This document shows, one piece after another, positions 42,750-51,600 of a DNA stretch of 64,000 nt. Positions within the stretch are counted from its first letter, which is position 1. Each line of letters opens with the position of its first letter. Source of the DNA: a virus (lineage: Duplodnaviria > Heunggongvirae > Uroviricota > Caudoviricetes); the IMG/VR virus record IMGVR_UViG_3300012956_000001, positions 1-64,000 of that record; one strand, given 5' to 3'. The notes under the pieces are model-generated. The model did no database searches, was not told the DNA's origin, and saw nothing but the letters and a program-made list of their open reading frames with translations. Both the position numbers and the translations under genes were made by a program.

Positions 42750-42846
42750 TGAACGTGACGGCCGAGGGGGCCTTCGAGAAGTCCGAGACGCGAAAGCGGA
42801 GTAGGCAACCAAATGCTCGAGTGGGGTTCGACTCCCCAACGTTCAC
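42750..42846 (+). ncRNA. tRNA-like small RNA with non-canonical core
   Basis: TGAACGT/ACGTTCA terminal stem, TGGGG-TTCGACT-CCCCA T arm, own promoter. Confidence 0.55.
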
Positions 42847-42865
42847 TCAACACTTAGGAGGATGT

Positions 42866-43201
42866 ATGTCGCGGAAGATGATTCAGATGTTCGCAGAAAT
42901 TCGTGGTCCATCGTCTGGCACGATTGACGAGCTGATCAAGCACGTTGAGTCGTTGAAGAAGAAGTACGGCGGCGACGCCGGCGTGTCCGAGGATGAGGAC
43001 GGGATGTGGACCATTGCCTACAAGCGGCCTGAAACCGACGACGAGTACGAGAAGCGGATGGCTCGTGCCGAACGGAACAAGGAAGCGAACGACAAGCGGA
43101 AGGCCACCCAGGCGTTGCAGAAGGAGCGGGCAGCCAAGATCGCCGAGGCACAAGAGAAGAAGCTATTTGAACGGCTCAAGGCCAAGTACGAGGGGAAGTA
43201 A
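42866..43201 (+). CDS. hypothetical protein
   Basis: RBS AGGAGG; RPETDDEYEKR..ERLKAKY. Confidence 0.65.
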   Translation: MSRKMIQMFAEIRGPSSGTIDELIKHVESLKKKYGGDAGVSEDEDGMWTIAYKRPETDDEYEKRMARAERNKEANDKRKATQALQKERAAKIAEAQEKKLFERLKAKYEGK

Positions 43202-43762
43202 CATGAAAATGGAAAAGCGGTATTTCATTTACACCGAAGACTTCGACGCCAAGGGCGAGTTTGTTATGTCCCTGCAACGTCCGTGGCGCTGGTCGTCAAG
43301 TAAGTGAATTGCTCCTTCGGGAGCGCTCACCCGGAATTGTAACGAAATGTTTGCCAACGTTCGTACTCTCGTGTATATTAGATCATACTCAAATGGAGTT
43401 AATCGTGACCGAGCTTGACCAGTGTAAGAGTGTTGCAGATCGGTGGGAACGGGCTGCCATTCGGGCTCACAAGCGGCTGTTGAAGTGGGCCGAGGATGCC
43501 GAGATGATAAAGCTCGCCCATGACGACTTGGCCGAACATATGCACGGCGTGAAGCTCCTTCGTAAGGGCAAGATCGTTGAGGCATACAACTACGCGTCCT
43601 ATATGGACACGGCTTCCCGCGAGGACATTCCGGTAACGGTGTGGCGATACCTCGAAACGCGGGGTTGACAACAGACGGACCAGTATGTATATTGTTGGTG
43701 TGACGGGGAAGTTCCCAATGTTCCGGGTCATAGACAGTTACGGCGGGCCCTCGTCACAATTT

Positions 43763-43835
43763 GCTTCGATAGCTCAGATGGTAGAGCACCTGATTTGTAA
43801 TCAGGATGTCATCGGTTCGATCCCGATTCGAAGCT
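43763..43835 (+). tRNA. tRNA-Thr(TGT)
   Basis: Cloverleaf; loop TTTGTAA. Confidence 0.93.
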
Positions 43836-43838
43836 TAT

Positions 43839-43909
43839 GTTCTCGTGGCCAAGTGGCAAGGCAGGAGTCTGCAAAACTCCAATCGTCGGTTCGAATCCGA
43901 CCGGGGACT
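43839..43909 (+). tRNA. tRNA-Cys(GCA)
   Basis: Cloverleaf; loop CTGCAAA. Confidence 0.92.
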
Positions 43910-44071
43910 CTTGACAAGTAAAGAACAAAGATGTATATTGTAGGAGTTGGGGATTAGGAAAGTGGTTAATCTGCTTGGTTCGGTAAGGCCAAGAGACGTG
44001 GGTTCGATTCCCACATTCCCATTAAGGTCTTGACAAGTAAAGAACAAAGATGTATATTGTAGGAGTTGGGG
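43909..44071 (+). repeat. exact 44-bp direct duplication of a promoter (43909-43952 and 44028-44071)
   Basis: TCTTGACAAGTAAAGAACAAAGATGTATATTGTAGGAGTTGGGG occurs twice. Confidence 0.92.
43948..44022 (+). tRNA. atypical tRNA with enlarged anticodon loop
   Basis: TGGGGAT/ATTCCCA acceptor, CTTGG-TTCGGTAAGG-CCAAG, GTGGG-TTCGATT-CCCAC. Confidence 0.6.
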
Positions 44072-44459
44072 GTCGCTCGGCTAACTAACCGACTGTCATC
44101 TAAGCAATAGCGATGACCGACCCCAGATCGAGGGCCTTGTACGTTCACCCGCTAACTAACGAACGTACACCAATCTTTGACAATCGAAGGAACCGGGGCG
44201 AGTTGGTGTAATGGGAGATAACCGAGCGAGTTAAGTGGCGATAAGGGATTAGGTTTCACTCGAAAGAGTGTCAGGGTGAGCGAAAAGCAACCTCGTAATG
44301 ACCGAAGTTCCTAGTTTCGTCCTCGTAGAGTGAAGGCCTGATGGGTGAATGGACACCCTGCAACACATCCGACCACTGTCTGCAGGCAACTCGGAAGTTA
44401 GGGCTACGGCCCGCTCACCCAGGCAAGGGGAAGTCGCCCTTGCCTTTGAATCCCCGGTG
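44068..44459 (+). ncRNA. large structured ncRNA candidate
   Basis: No credible ORF, dedicated promoter, several local and long-range helices. Confidence 0.6.
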
Positions 44460-44477
44460 AAGTATATTATTAGTATA

Positions 44478-44552
44478 ATCAACATCGTCTAATGGCTTAG
44501 GACACTCTTCGGCGGACGCCGTGAAATGTGGGTTCGAATCCCACTGTTGATT
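44478..44552 (+). ncRNA. tRNA-like RNA with a 4-nt loop in place of the anticodon loop
   Basis: ATCAACA/TGTTGAT acceptor, normal D and T arms, CGGC-GGAC-GCCG. Confidence 0.6.
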
Positions 44553-44784
44553 TGTCAGTTCAATAAGGGTGACTGACTGGGAATCGGGTGAGGTAGGCAT
44601 ACCTCATTACGTGAACCGAAAACGGCCCTACGTCAGTAGCGAGAGTAAGGTGGCACGCCAAGCCACCGAAACCAATACGGCCAGGCACTGTATTGGCTTC
44701 TGACAAGAGTCGGGTGGAGCCGCCGACTTAAATCCACGGCCGCCAGGCGGGGCATGATGTGTTGTCACACAGATTACTCGCCTG

Positions 44785-44829
44785 AAAAGGTCGAAATTGC
44801 CAAATATCGGTGATTTCGACCTTTTGTTG
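44785..44829 (+). terminator. terminator hairpin
   Basis: AAAAGGTCGAAAT...ATTTCGACCTTTT. Confidence 0.7.
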
Positions 44830-45720
44830 TGCCCGGGATTGTAACGAAAGTGTACAATTGAACTGACCCCTTGACAGGCATTTCTGAGCCCTTATATTTC
44901 ACATATCTTCAACAGGGAACGATACGATGGGCTTTCTTCTGATTCTTGGTTCGATGTTCGGTGGCGCGGTGGTCATCAGCTGGTTGTCTGACCTCGCCAG
45001 GGCACGAAAGGAGGCAGACCTCCAACATCAGTTGAACATCGTCAAGCTCGCCTTTGAGAAGGAGGCGGTTGACAAGGCTGTGACCGTCAAGGAGCTTAAC
45101 CGTTGTATCTGTGGTGCCCCACTAGGAGCGTGTGATGATGAGTAATTGTTCTGAGTGTAACGACCTTGAAATCGATCTGAGCCGAGCGAACGCTCGAGCC
45201 GATGATGCCGAACACCGAGCGATGATGGCAGAGATGGATCTTCTCGCTGCCGAGCGGAGAATCCGAGAACTTGAACATGAGATTTTTGATCTCGAACGGC
45301 GTATCGAGCAGACTGATGACTGATTCAATTGACGCCGAACAGGCACATCGCCTGGCCCTGCACTTCGAAGCCGAATATGGGCTCGCCAAGGGCTTGGAAG
45401 AGGCAACAGCCAGGCTATCAAAGAGCTGGACCTTGGTGGCTCGCCGGCGTTTGGCTATGGCCATCGAGCTGCTCGAGAAGCGACTCGACAGCGTGCACAC
45501 GATCACTTGACAACCTAATGGGAATGGGGTATATTCCCATTAACCAATAACCCAAGGTATCTGACGATGGCTACTCAGGATGACGCACAGCCAGTGACCA
45601 GCCAGGACGCCCCGGCACCTAGCCAGGCCACGACACAGGTACCTTTTGACGAAGCTTGGGACGAGGCCGACTTGGAAGCCGAAGTGCGTCTCTTGCTTGA
45701 AATCGATTAAGGAGAATATC

Positions 45721-45954
45721 ATGCTTGACTTTGATGATTTGAAGGTTCGTTCGGCTGAGCTCGAAGCCGAGGTTGGTGACGACGACGAGGCATATGTCTT
45801 GGGCGATTCGTTGCTTGATGAGCTTGAGGACGACGAGCCTGAATTCGACACCGAAGACGAAGATGATTTCGTTGACGATGAAGACGAAGATGATGAGCGT
45901 GACGAAGATCCGCTCTATGAACCCGATTGGGACAGTGAGGATTACGAGAGCTAA
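45721..45954 (+). CDS. extremely acidic small protein
   Basis: RBS AAGGAG; roughly half the residues are D/E. Confidence 0.65.
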   Translation: MLDFDDLKVRSAELEAEVGDDDEAYVLGDSLLDELEDDEPEFDTEDEDDFVDDEDEDDERDEDPLYEPDWDSEDYES

Positions 45955-47110
45955 TGCTTGCACCTATTCTCTTAATCCTGTGTCTAACGATGGTAGGCTG
46001 CAATTCTGCCACGTTGCCTCCAACCGATAAAGAGCAATGCGAACAGTCCGGTGGAATTTGGTCTAATACCGCTCGGTCTGAATGGGTGATTGTTGACTCC
46101 ACAACGATCAGTCACAGACTTTTGCCTGGTTGTCTATCTGTTGCCAAATAACCCAATATTGGGTATATTCAATTATGAAATTCACCCCGGCCAAAAAGAC
46201 TGAACGCTCTGCCTTGGCCAATCATAAGGATTGGCACCTGACACTTGCTCGGCAGGGCACTAAGGTATTGATCAAATGCACGTGTCATCTATCCATCGAT
46301 CCCAAGAGTGATCTCCGATGGGTGGAAGAATCTCAGCTGTTGGGGGACCAATGAAGCTTCGTGTTGCAGTGTCCAATTGGATGGCGGTTCGATGCTATCG
46401 CATTGGCGCGTGGTTTGATGAGGCATCTAAGCGCCTGTCTCTTTGTCCCGATTGTGGTCGGAGTCGGTACTATGGTAAGCCCTGTGAGCCCCCGGCCTGT
46501 GGGTCGGTATCAGGCGATCAACTTGCCTGGCGACAGCAACTAGTGTAGATTTAGGAACTTCAACGGGAGCTCCAAATGTCGGATCGTAAGCGTACCTACA
46601 CGTTCAAGGTGGAATGCCCCATCCCCGATACGAAGACGGGCGAGACGCGGCAGATGACCACGTTTGTCTATGACGTGCAGGGTATCGGGAATGCACGTCG
46701 AATCTGGTTCGCCAAGTATCTCAAGACGGCCCGGAAGAACGGCCTTCGTGGCTCGAAGCGTGAGTTGAATGAGTCGCTCGCCCTACGTATTACTCGGCAG
46801 GCAAAGACTACCTTGCTTGCCAAGTAACCCTCAATCAACTATATTGGATATATGAAAATCACGAACTATGACGAACTGGATGAGTTGTACGATGACTCTC
46901 CGGCCGTCGAACGGATCAAGGCCAAGGGAGCGCCGATCAACTCCCAGCACAACCTCCAGCGTCAGACGGAGAACGCGATCAACCGGCATCGTCGTCAGGC
47001 GCGGCGTGCCAAGGATCGGATGCGGAATGGCGACGAGTAAGGACGGTGTTCGTGGGCTAGGGGCGGTTGGTCTGTTCCTGCTCATTATCCTCTTTTTCCT
47101 GTGGTGAATT

Positions 47111-47416
47111 ATGCGGCTGTACCTTGATGATGTGCGACCGACGCCCGAGGGGTTTGACCTTCGGGCGTACACGGCCCAAGAGGCGATTGCCTATCTCAAA
47201 GCGGGCACGGTCACCTTTATCAGCTTTGACCACGATCTCGGACCACCTGAGGCGGGCACGGGCTATGATGTGGCCTGTTGGATCGAACTGGCCGCGGTCG
47301 GCGAGGATATCGTTGTCCCCACTTGGGACGTACATTCCGACAATCCGGTTGGACGAATGAACATCATTCGGGCGATGCAGAGCGCCGAAAAGTGGGAACA
47401 GCAATATATCGATTAA
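47111..47416 (+). CDS. cyclic-phosphate-processing receiver-like domain protein
   Basis: LYLDDVR, ISFDHDLG, TGYDVA, VHSDNPVG. Confidence 0.8.
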   Translation: MRLYLDDVRPTPEGFDLRAYTAQEAIAYLKAGTVTFISFDHDLGPPEAGTGYDVACWIELAAVGEDIVVPTWDVHSDNPVGRMNIIRAMQSAEKWEQQYID

Positions 47417-48375
47417 TTGAGTTGTAAACAAACGATAACCCCTTGACTGGCAACGGTTGAGGGGTTATCTTTTGGCATCCCTAAGATGGAGGCGTGACGC
47501 CTAATGCTAGAATTCCTTGTCGGCTGGTTGGTCGTTGCCATTTTCTTTGTGGCCGCTGTCTGGACCGCCGTGGCTCGCTTCCTGTTCTCCGCCAAACCTA
47601 TTGAGGTCACAGATGATGAAAATCTATCTTCGTGAGTTGTTCACCCGCTGGTATACATCCCTCGTCTCCGCTCTGCCTAAGGTAGGGACCAAAACGTGGG
47701 TGTAGCTCGCCACCATCTTCCTAACGTCACGCCCGGTCCACCAGCGAATAATCGGTCACAAGCCAACTCGCCTAATGCCAATTGGACGCCGGTGCCCCCA
47801 GTCCCCGTGCCAGGTGGCTTCACGCCAAAGTATGGCATCCGAGCTGCTCAAGCCTATGATGATATCGTCGCTGACTATTGGAAAGAGAAGAAGCGAGCAG
47901 ACAAAATCATGCGGATATATCTGATTTCTATGATGATCCTGGCAATGGGGGTCACGACCGCGGCCTATCTTCTCCAGCGTGCTGGGTGACCTATGGGTGC
48001 ATTTCGACTTACCCAAGCTGAGAAGACTGCAGAGTACCATGCTCAGCAAGAACTGCTTCGCCGCAAACAGCAAGCTACTATGCAAGCGTATCAAGAAGAA
48101 TCTCTGGCTCGTGAAAGGCTTCGCAAGGCACGAAATCAGACAATCCTTCTTCGTATTGGTATGGGATTTGGTGTGCTGGTGCCTCTGATCGGACTGGCGA
48201 GGATTCTAGGCTGGTTGGGCTAGGCGAGCAGAAGCAGCCGGCTTGATGCATCATCAGACTCATCGATGAATATTTAGGACCCAAAAAAGAACTTTTCGCG
48301 TTTTGACCCGACCTAGTGCGTTTTGGTGGGCGACAAGGGTAAAATCACAAATAACAATAGTAGAAAATTACTAAA

Positions 48376-49002
48376 ATGATACCATCGATATTTCCACCAC
48401 GTTTGTATTGTAGGGTATATGACACCTGGCGTCATCTATCCCCTCTTAGGTTTGTATCGTTTCATGGCGCATGTGAAATAGAATGCCCACAGTGCAAGAT
48501 GATGACGGTAGTTGGTATGCCAAATGGGTATAAACAAACGGTTGGATCGGCACATAGTATTATCTATGCAACCGAGTATACCCGGTGGTACAATAGTGGG
48601 TTGCCCGAAAATTATGATTGTACAGAACATATGTTATGGACAGTTAGGTTTGATAAGCGAGAACATCTAGCTCTCAAAATAGGTACATTAGTTCGACCAT
48701 TGTTTACAATTAATACACCCCCACCATATGACCCTATCGTGACAGGCATTCAAGAAGCGTTTATATCAGTCCCTTTGACGAAGGATGTATTGATAACTGA
48801 GACTCTAGCACACACCACAAATATTCATAATGTATGGGGCAATGTTCGTGGGTATGGCCTTATGACCGCCGATGATGTAACCGACTTTAAAAAGTGGTAC
48901 GCGCCGTACAATTTACAAATTTGGTGGAAAGAACCCATTCATGCACCGTCTAATAATATAACGTATTATGGCATGACCATTCGGGACGAGAATATACTAT
49001 GA
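48376..49002 (+). CDS. tandem paralog 1 of 6 (Zn-ribbon plus P.G..V.P domain)
   Basis: YC..W, CPQC, YATEYTRW, VRPLF, GIQEAFI, IWWKEPI, YYGMT. Confidence 0.8.
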   Translation: MIPSIFPPRLYCRVYDTWRHLSPLRFVSFHGACEIECPQCKMMTVVGMPNGYKQTVGSAHSIIYATEYTRWYNSGLPENYDCTEHMLWTVRFDKREHLALKIGTLVRPLFTINTPPPYDPIVTGIQEAFISVPLTKDVLITETLAHTTNIHNVWGNVRGYGLMTADDVTDFKKWYAPYNLQIWWKEPIHAPSNNITYYGMTIRDENIL

Positions 49003-49637
49003 TAAACTCATCGATCTATCCACATCATGTATATTGTGATTCGTCTGAATTCTGGTACCGGACTCCGCCCCAATCGGTTTCACCACACGTATCAATGCGG
49101 ATAGAATGCCCGGGTTGTCATTCGGTATATTTTAGAAACAGCTTTGTGGGCGAGTATCATTCATTGGTTGGAGTACACCATAAGATCGTGTATGCTACTG
49201 AATATACCCGATGGTCTATCTCATCATCACAAGGGCATGAAATGCACACCGACTGGTCGATTAACAACAATTGGAACATTCCTATCACGTTGGGGAAAGG
49301 TGAATTGGTTCGACCATTGTTTATGATGCCATTGCACAATAAGGTTGATGGTAGTGGTCCAGAAGGTATTCAAGAATCGTTTATTCCGGTGCCGTTGACC
49401 AAAGAGTTGCGACTAACACCAGACGATGTAACAATTTGTAGTATTCGTAGCTTTTGGGGCAATTTGCATGAGTCCGGCCACGGATCACTTCCAATCGTGT
49501 CAGCAGAACAGGCGCCGGAGATCCGACGGCAACACGATCCGTATAACTTGGAAATATGGTGGAAGCGGCCCATTTACCTCGTCAAGCATAACTTGATTTA
49601 TTGTGGTATGACCCTTCGTGACGACCCAAGATCATGA
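48999..49637 (+). CDS. tandem paralog 2 of 6
   Basis: CPGC, YATEYTRW, VRPLF, GIQESFI, IWWKRPI, YCGMT. Confidence 0.8.
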   Translation: MINSSIYPHHVYCDSSEFWYRTPPQSVSPHVSMRIECPGCHSVYFRNSFVGEYHSLVGVHHKIVYATEYTRWSISSSQGHEMHTDWSINNNWNIPITLGKGELVRPLFMMPLHNKVDGSGPEGIQESFIPVPLTKELRLTPDDVTICSIRSFWGNLHESGHGSLPIVSAEQAPEIRRQHDPYNLEIWWKRPIYLVKHNLIYCGMTLRDDPRS

Positions 49638-50278
49638 AACTAGAACATCATTTATATTGCACGGTAGATAATATGTGGCGACTGATGCCGCAGACCCCAC
49701 CACTTTGTTGGAACTGTCGGCACGACGATTCATCTCTTTGTGACGAAGCGACAGGGGAACTCGTCACGAATGTTAAACTTAACGAATATGCACTGTACGA
49801 TACGACACCACGTTCATTGGTATCGGCGAGCGGCGTCTCACATGTGTTTAATGCAGCACAAACATATACCCAATGGCGTTCAGAGCTTGGCATATTCCAG
49901 CAAACAACAGTGGATCGTCACGCTGAATGGATACGAAAAAATAGGTACACACATTATGATGTATTAGTGGATGGTTGGGTCGTTCCCGCCACCACATCGG
50001 TACTACCAATCTTTTCGTATCATTCTGTTGACGGGTCAACGGCACATACGCCATTGTATCAGTTGCGACACCGATATACGTTCAGAGATTACAAGTTTAA
50101 TTTGCATGATGCCTCGATTATTCGTTTGCCGCGGGATGAAACTGGTACCATGTTGAAGAAGCCACGTTGGGCAGAAATATGGTTTCATGACCCCATTCAT
50201 ATGCCATCACAATATATGACATATCACGGCATGACCGTCGAAATGACATATATTATTAACCCACAGATGAACATATGA
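49634..50278 (+). CDS. tandem paralog 3 of 6
   Basis: YC..W, CWNC, YTQW, VLPIF, IWFHDPI, YHGMT. Confidence 0.75.
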   Translation: MKLEHHLYCTVDNMWRLMPQTPPLCWNCRHDDSSLCDEATGELVTNVKLNEYALYDTTPRSLVSASGVSHVFNAAQTYTQWRSELGIFQQTTVDRHAEWIRKNRYTHYDVLVDGWVVPATTSVLPIFSYHSVDGSTAHTPLYQLRHRYTFRDYKFNLHDASIIRLPRDETGTMLKKPRWAEIWFHDPIHMPSQYMTYHGMTVEMTYIINPQMNI

Positions 50279-50940
50279 ATGATAACGGCTATCCAATCAG
50301 ATACTATTGTAGCAAATATAACACATGGTATCTCGTGGAAAATACCACCCTGCCGCGTGGCAAGGAATATGTGTGTCCGGGGTGTTGTTACATTGCACGG
50401 CCTGGCATACAAATGGGACCGTGGTATCTGTATCATATCAACGATATGGGAAATGGTCACAAATTGGCTCTAGCGACGGAATATACTCGGTGGGCGCCAA
50501 ATCCGTTACCCACAATGTATAAGGCGTATTCGCATAAGGATTGGACAATTTACACCAATGTTCTCAAGTCAGGCGACAGAATGTTCTTACCCAAAGGCAC
50601 CTTAGTTCGACCGTTGTTTCGTATGGGTGTGGGTATGGTGCCGGGCACCGCGAACGTATCGAATATTGCTGGTATTCAAGAAGCATTTATCCCGGCACGG
50701 TTGACGCGTGATATTCTAGTAAAACATATGGTTGCAAATATATCACCTATCGATGGCCGCTGGGGCAATGCAGCCGGTCATGGCCGTATGCCAGACTCGT
50801 ATGACGAACCGAATACTGTTGATGCTACAGCCAATATGCATGACTCATATAATATGCAAGTGTGGTGGTATGCGCCGATTTATTCTATCGAAGATCGGGT
50901 GACGTATTATGGCATGACTGTTTGTAAGTTAGACGAATAA
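50275..50940 (+). CDS. tandem paralog 4 of 6
   Basis: CPGC, ATEYTRW, VRPLF, GIQEAFI, VWWYAPI, YYGMT. Confidence 0.8.
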   Translation: MNDNGYPIRYYCSKYNTWYLVENTTLPRGKEYVCPGCCYIARPGIQMGPWYLYHINDMGNGHKLALATEYTRWAPNPLPTMYKAYSHKDWTIYTNVLKSGDRMFLPKGTLVRPLFRMGVGMVPGTANVSNIAGIQEAFIPARLTRDILVKHMVANISPIDGRWGNAAGHGRMPDSYDEPNTVDATANMHDSYNMQVWWYAPIYSIEDRVTYYGMTVCKLDE

Positions 50941-50944
50941 TCAT

Positions 50945-51595
50945 ATGAACTACATTAATCTGTTTGTACAATGTGGTCTAAGTAGAAATTGGCGGTCAGC
51001 CGGCTGGCTCTCCGAGAATCATCCACTTACCTGTCCGAGCTGTGATTATAAAATTAACTACGACGCCATAACGCTTCTGTATGATTGGCATCCTACGTCA
51101 ATGGCGGTTGTGACTTCGGGACATTGCTTCGTATCGGGAGCGGTCTATAATAGATGTCGAATTGATACGTGGCATCCGACGCTTAATGCAATTCGTGACA
51201 CGGCAATAGCCGAACGACTATTTGGCGATTTTGATCATTTGTATATTCCACAAGATACACCAGTACGACCGCTCTTTCTATTAGATGATTCATCGATGGC
51301 AAAAAGTATGGGTCTCGTCGCGCCGTTAGAAAGTATTATGCCCGTTCGATTGAATAAACCGTTTGTGAGTGATCCGCGAACGGATTATGTAACACAAATT
51401 TCGGGCATTTGGCAACCGGGTAATGTGGTTACACAAAAATTGCCCGATATTGAAAATCAAATGAATCAAACATTACAAGAGTTTAATATGCAAATTTGGT
51501 GGAAAGAACCAATTCATTCGGATCAGTACCACGCGACCTTTTATGGTATGACTGTCCGAGCATCGTCTGTACAAATTTACACACTGAGCTGGTAA
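50945..51595 (+). CDS. tandem paralog 5 of 6
   Basis: CPSC, VRPLF, IWWKEPI, FYGMT. Confidence 0.78.
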   Translation: MNYINLFVQCGLSRNWRSAGWLSENHPLTCPSCDYKINYDAITLLYDWHPTSMAVVTSGHCFVSGAVYNRCRIDTWHPTLNAIRDTAIAERLFGDFDHLYIPQDTPVRPLFLLDDSSMAKSMGLVAPLESIMPVRLNKPFVSDPRTDYVTQISGIWQPGNVVTQKLPDIENQMNQTLQEFNMQIWWKEPIHSDQYHATFYGMTVRASSVQIYTLSW

Positions 51596-51600
51596 ATCCT

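Larger units (their letters stand above)
18291..44849 (+). promoter_or_regulatory. dispersed family of about 23 TTGTAACGA(AA) boxes upstream of sigma70-type promoters (TTGAC/TTGCC-17-TATATT)
   Basis: Boxes at 18291, 19342, 19795, 20804, 20876, 22096, 25766, 29214, 30572, 31692, 32908, 33563, 34283, 35066, 36838, 38160, 38607, 39337, 39902, 40806, 42693, 43337, 44839; all intergenic. Confidence 0.9.

Noticed and set aside
42750-42846. Selenocysteine or suppressor tRNA
   Set aside because: No TCA or CTA anticodon loop in a proper stem
44068-44552. tmRNA or RNase P RNA
   Set aside because: The 5' GGGG pairs locally rather than with a 3' T-arm/CCA end, the RNase P GAGGAAAGTCC signature is absent, and the downstream tRNA-like element has its own promoter
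18291-44849. Integron attC cassette array (TAAC...GTT cores)
   Set aside because: No integrase is present and there are no long attC-type inverted repeats; the motif is phased to promoters instead
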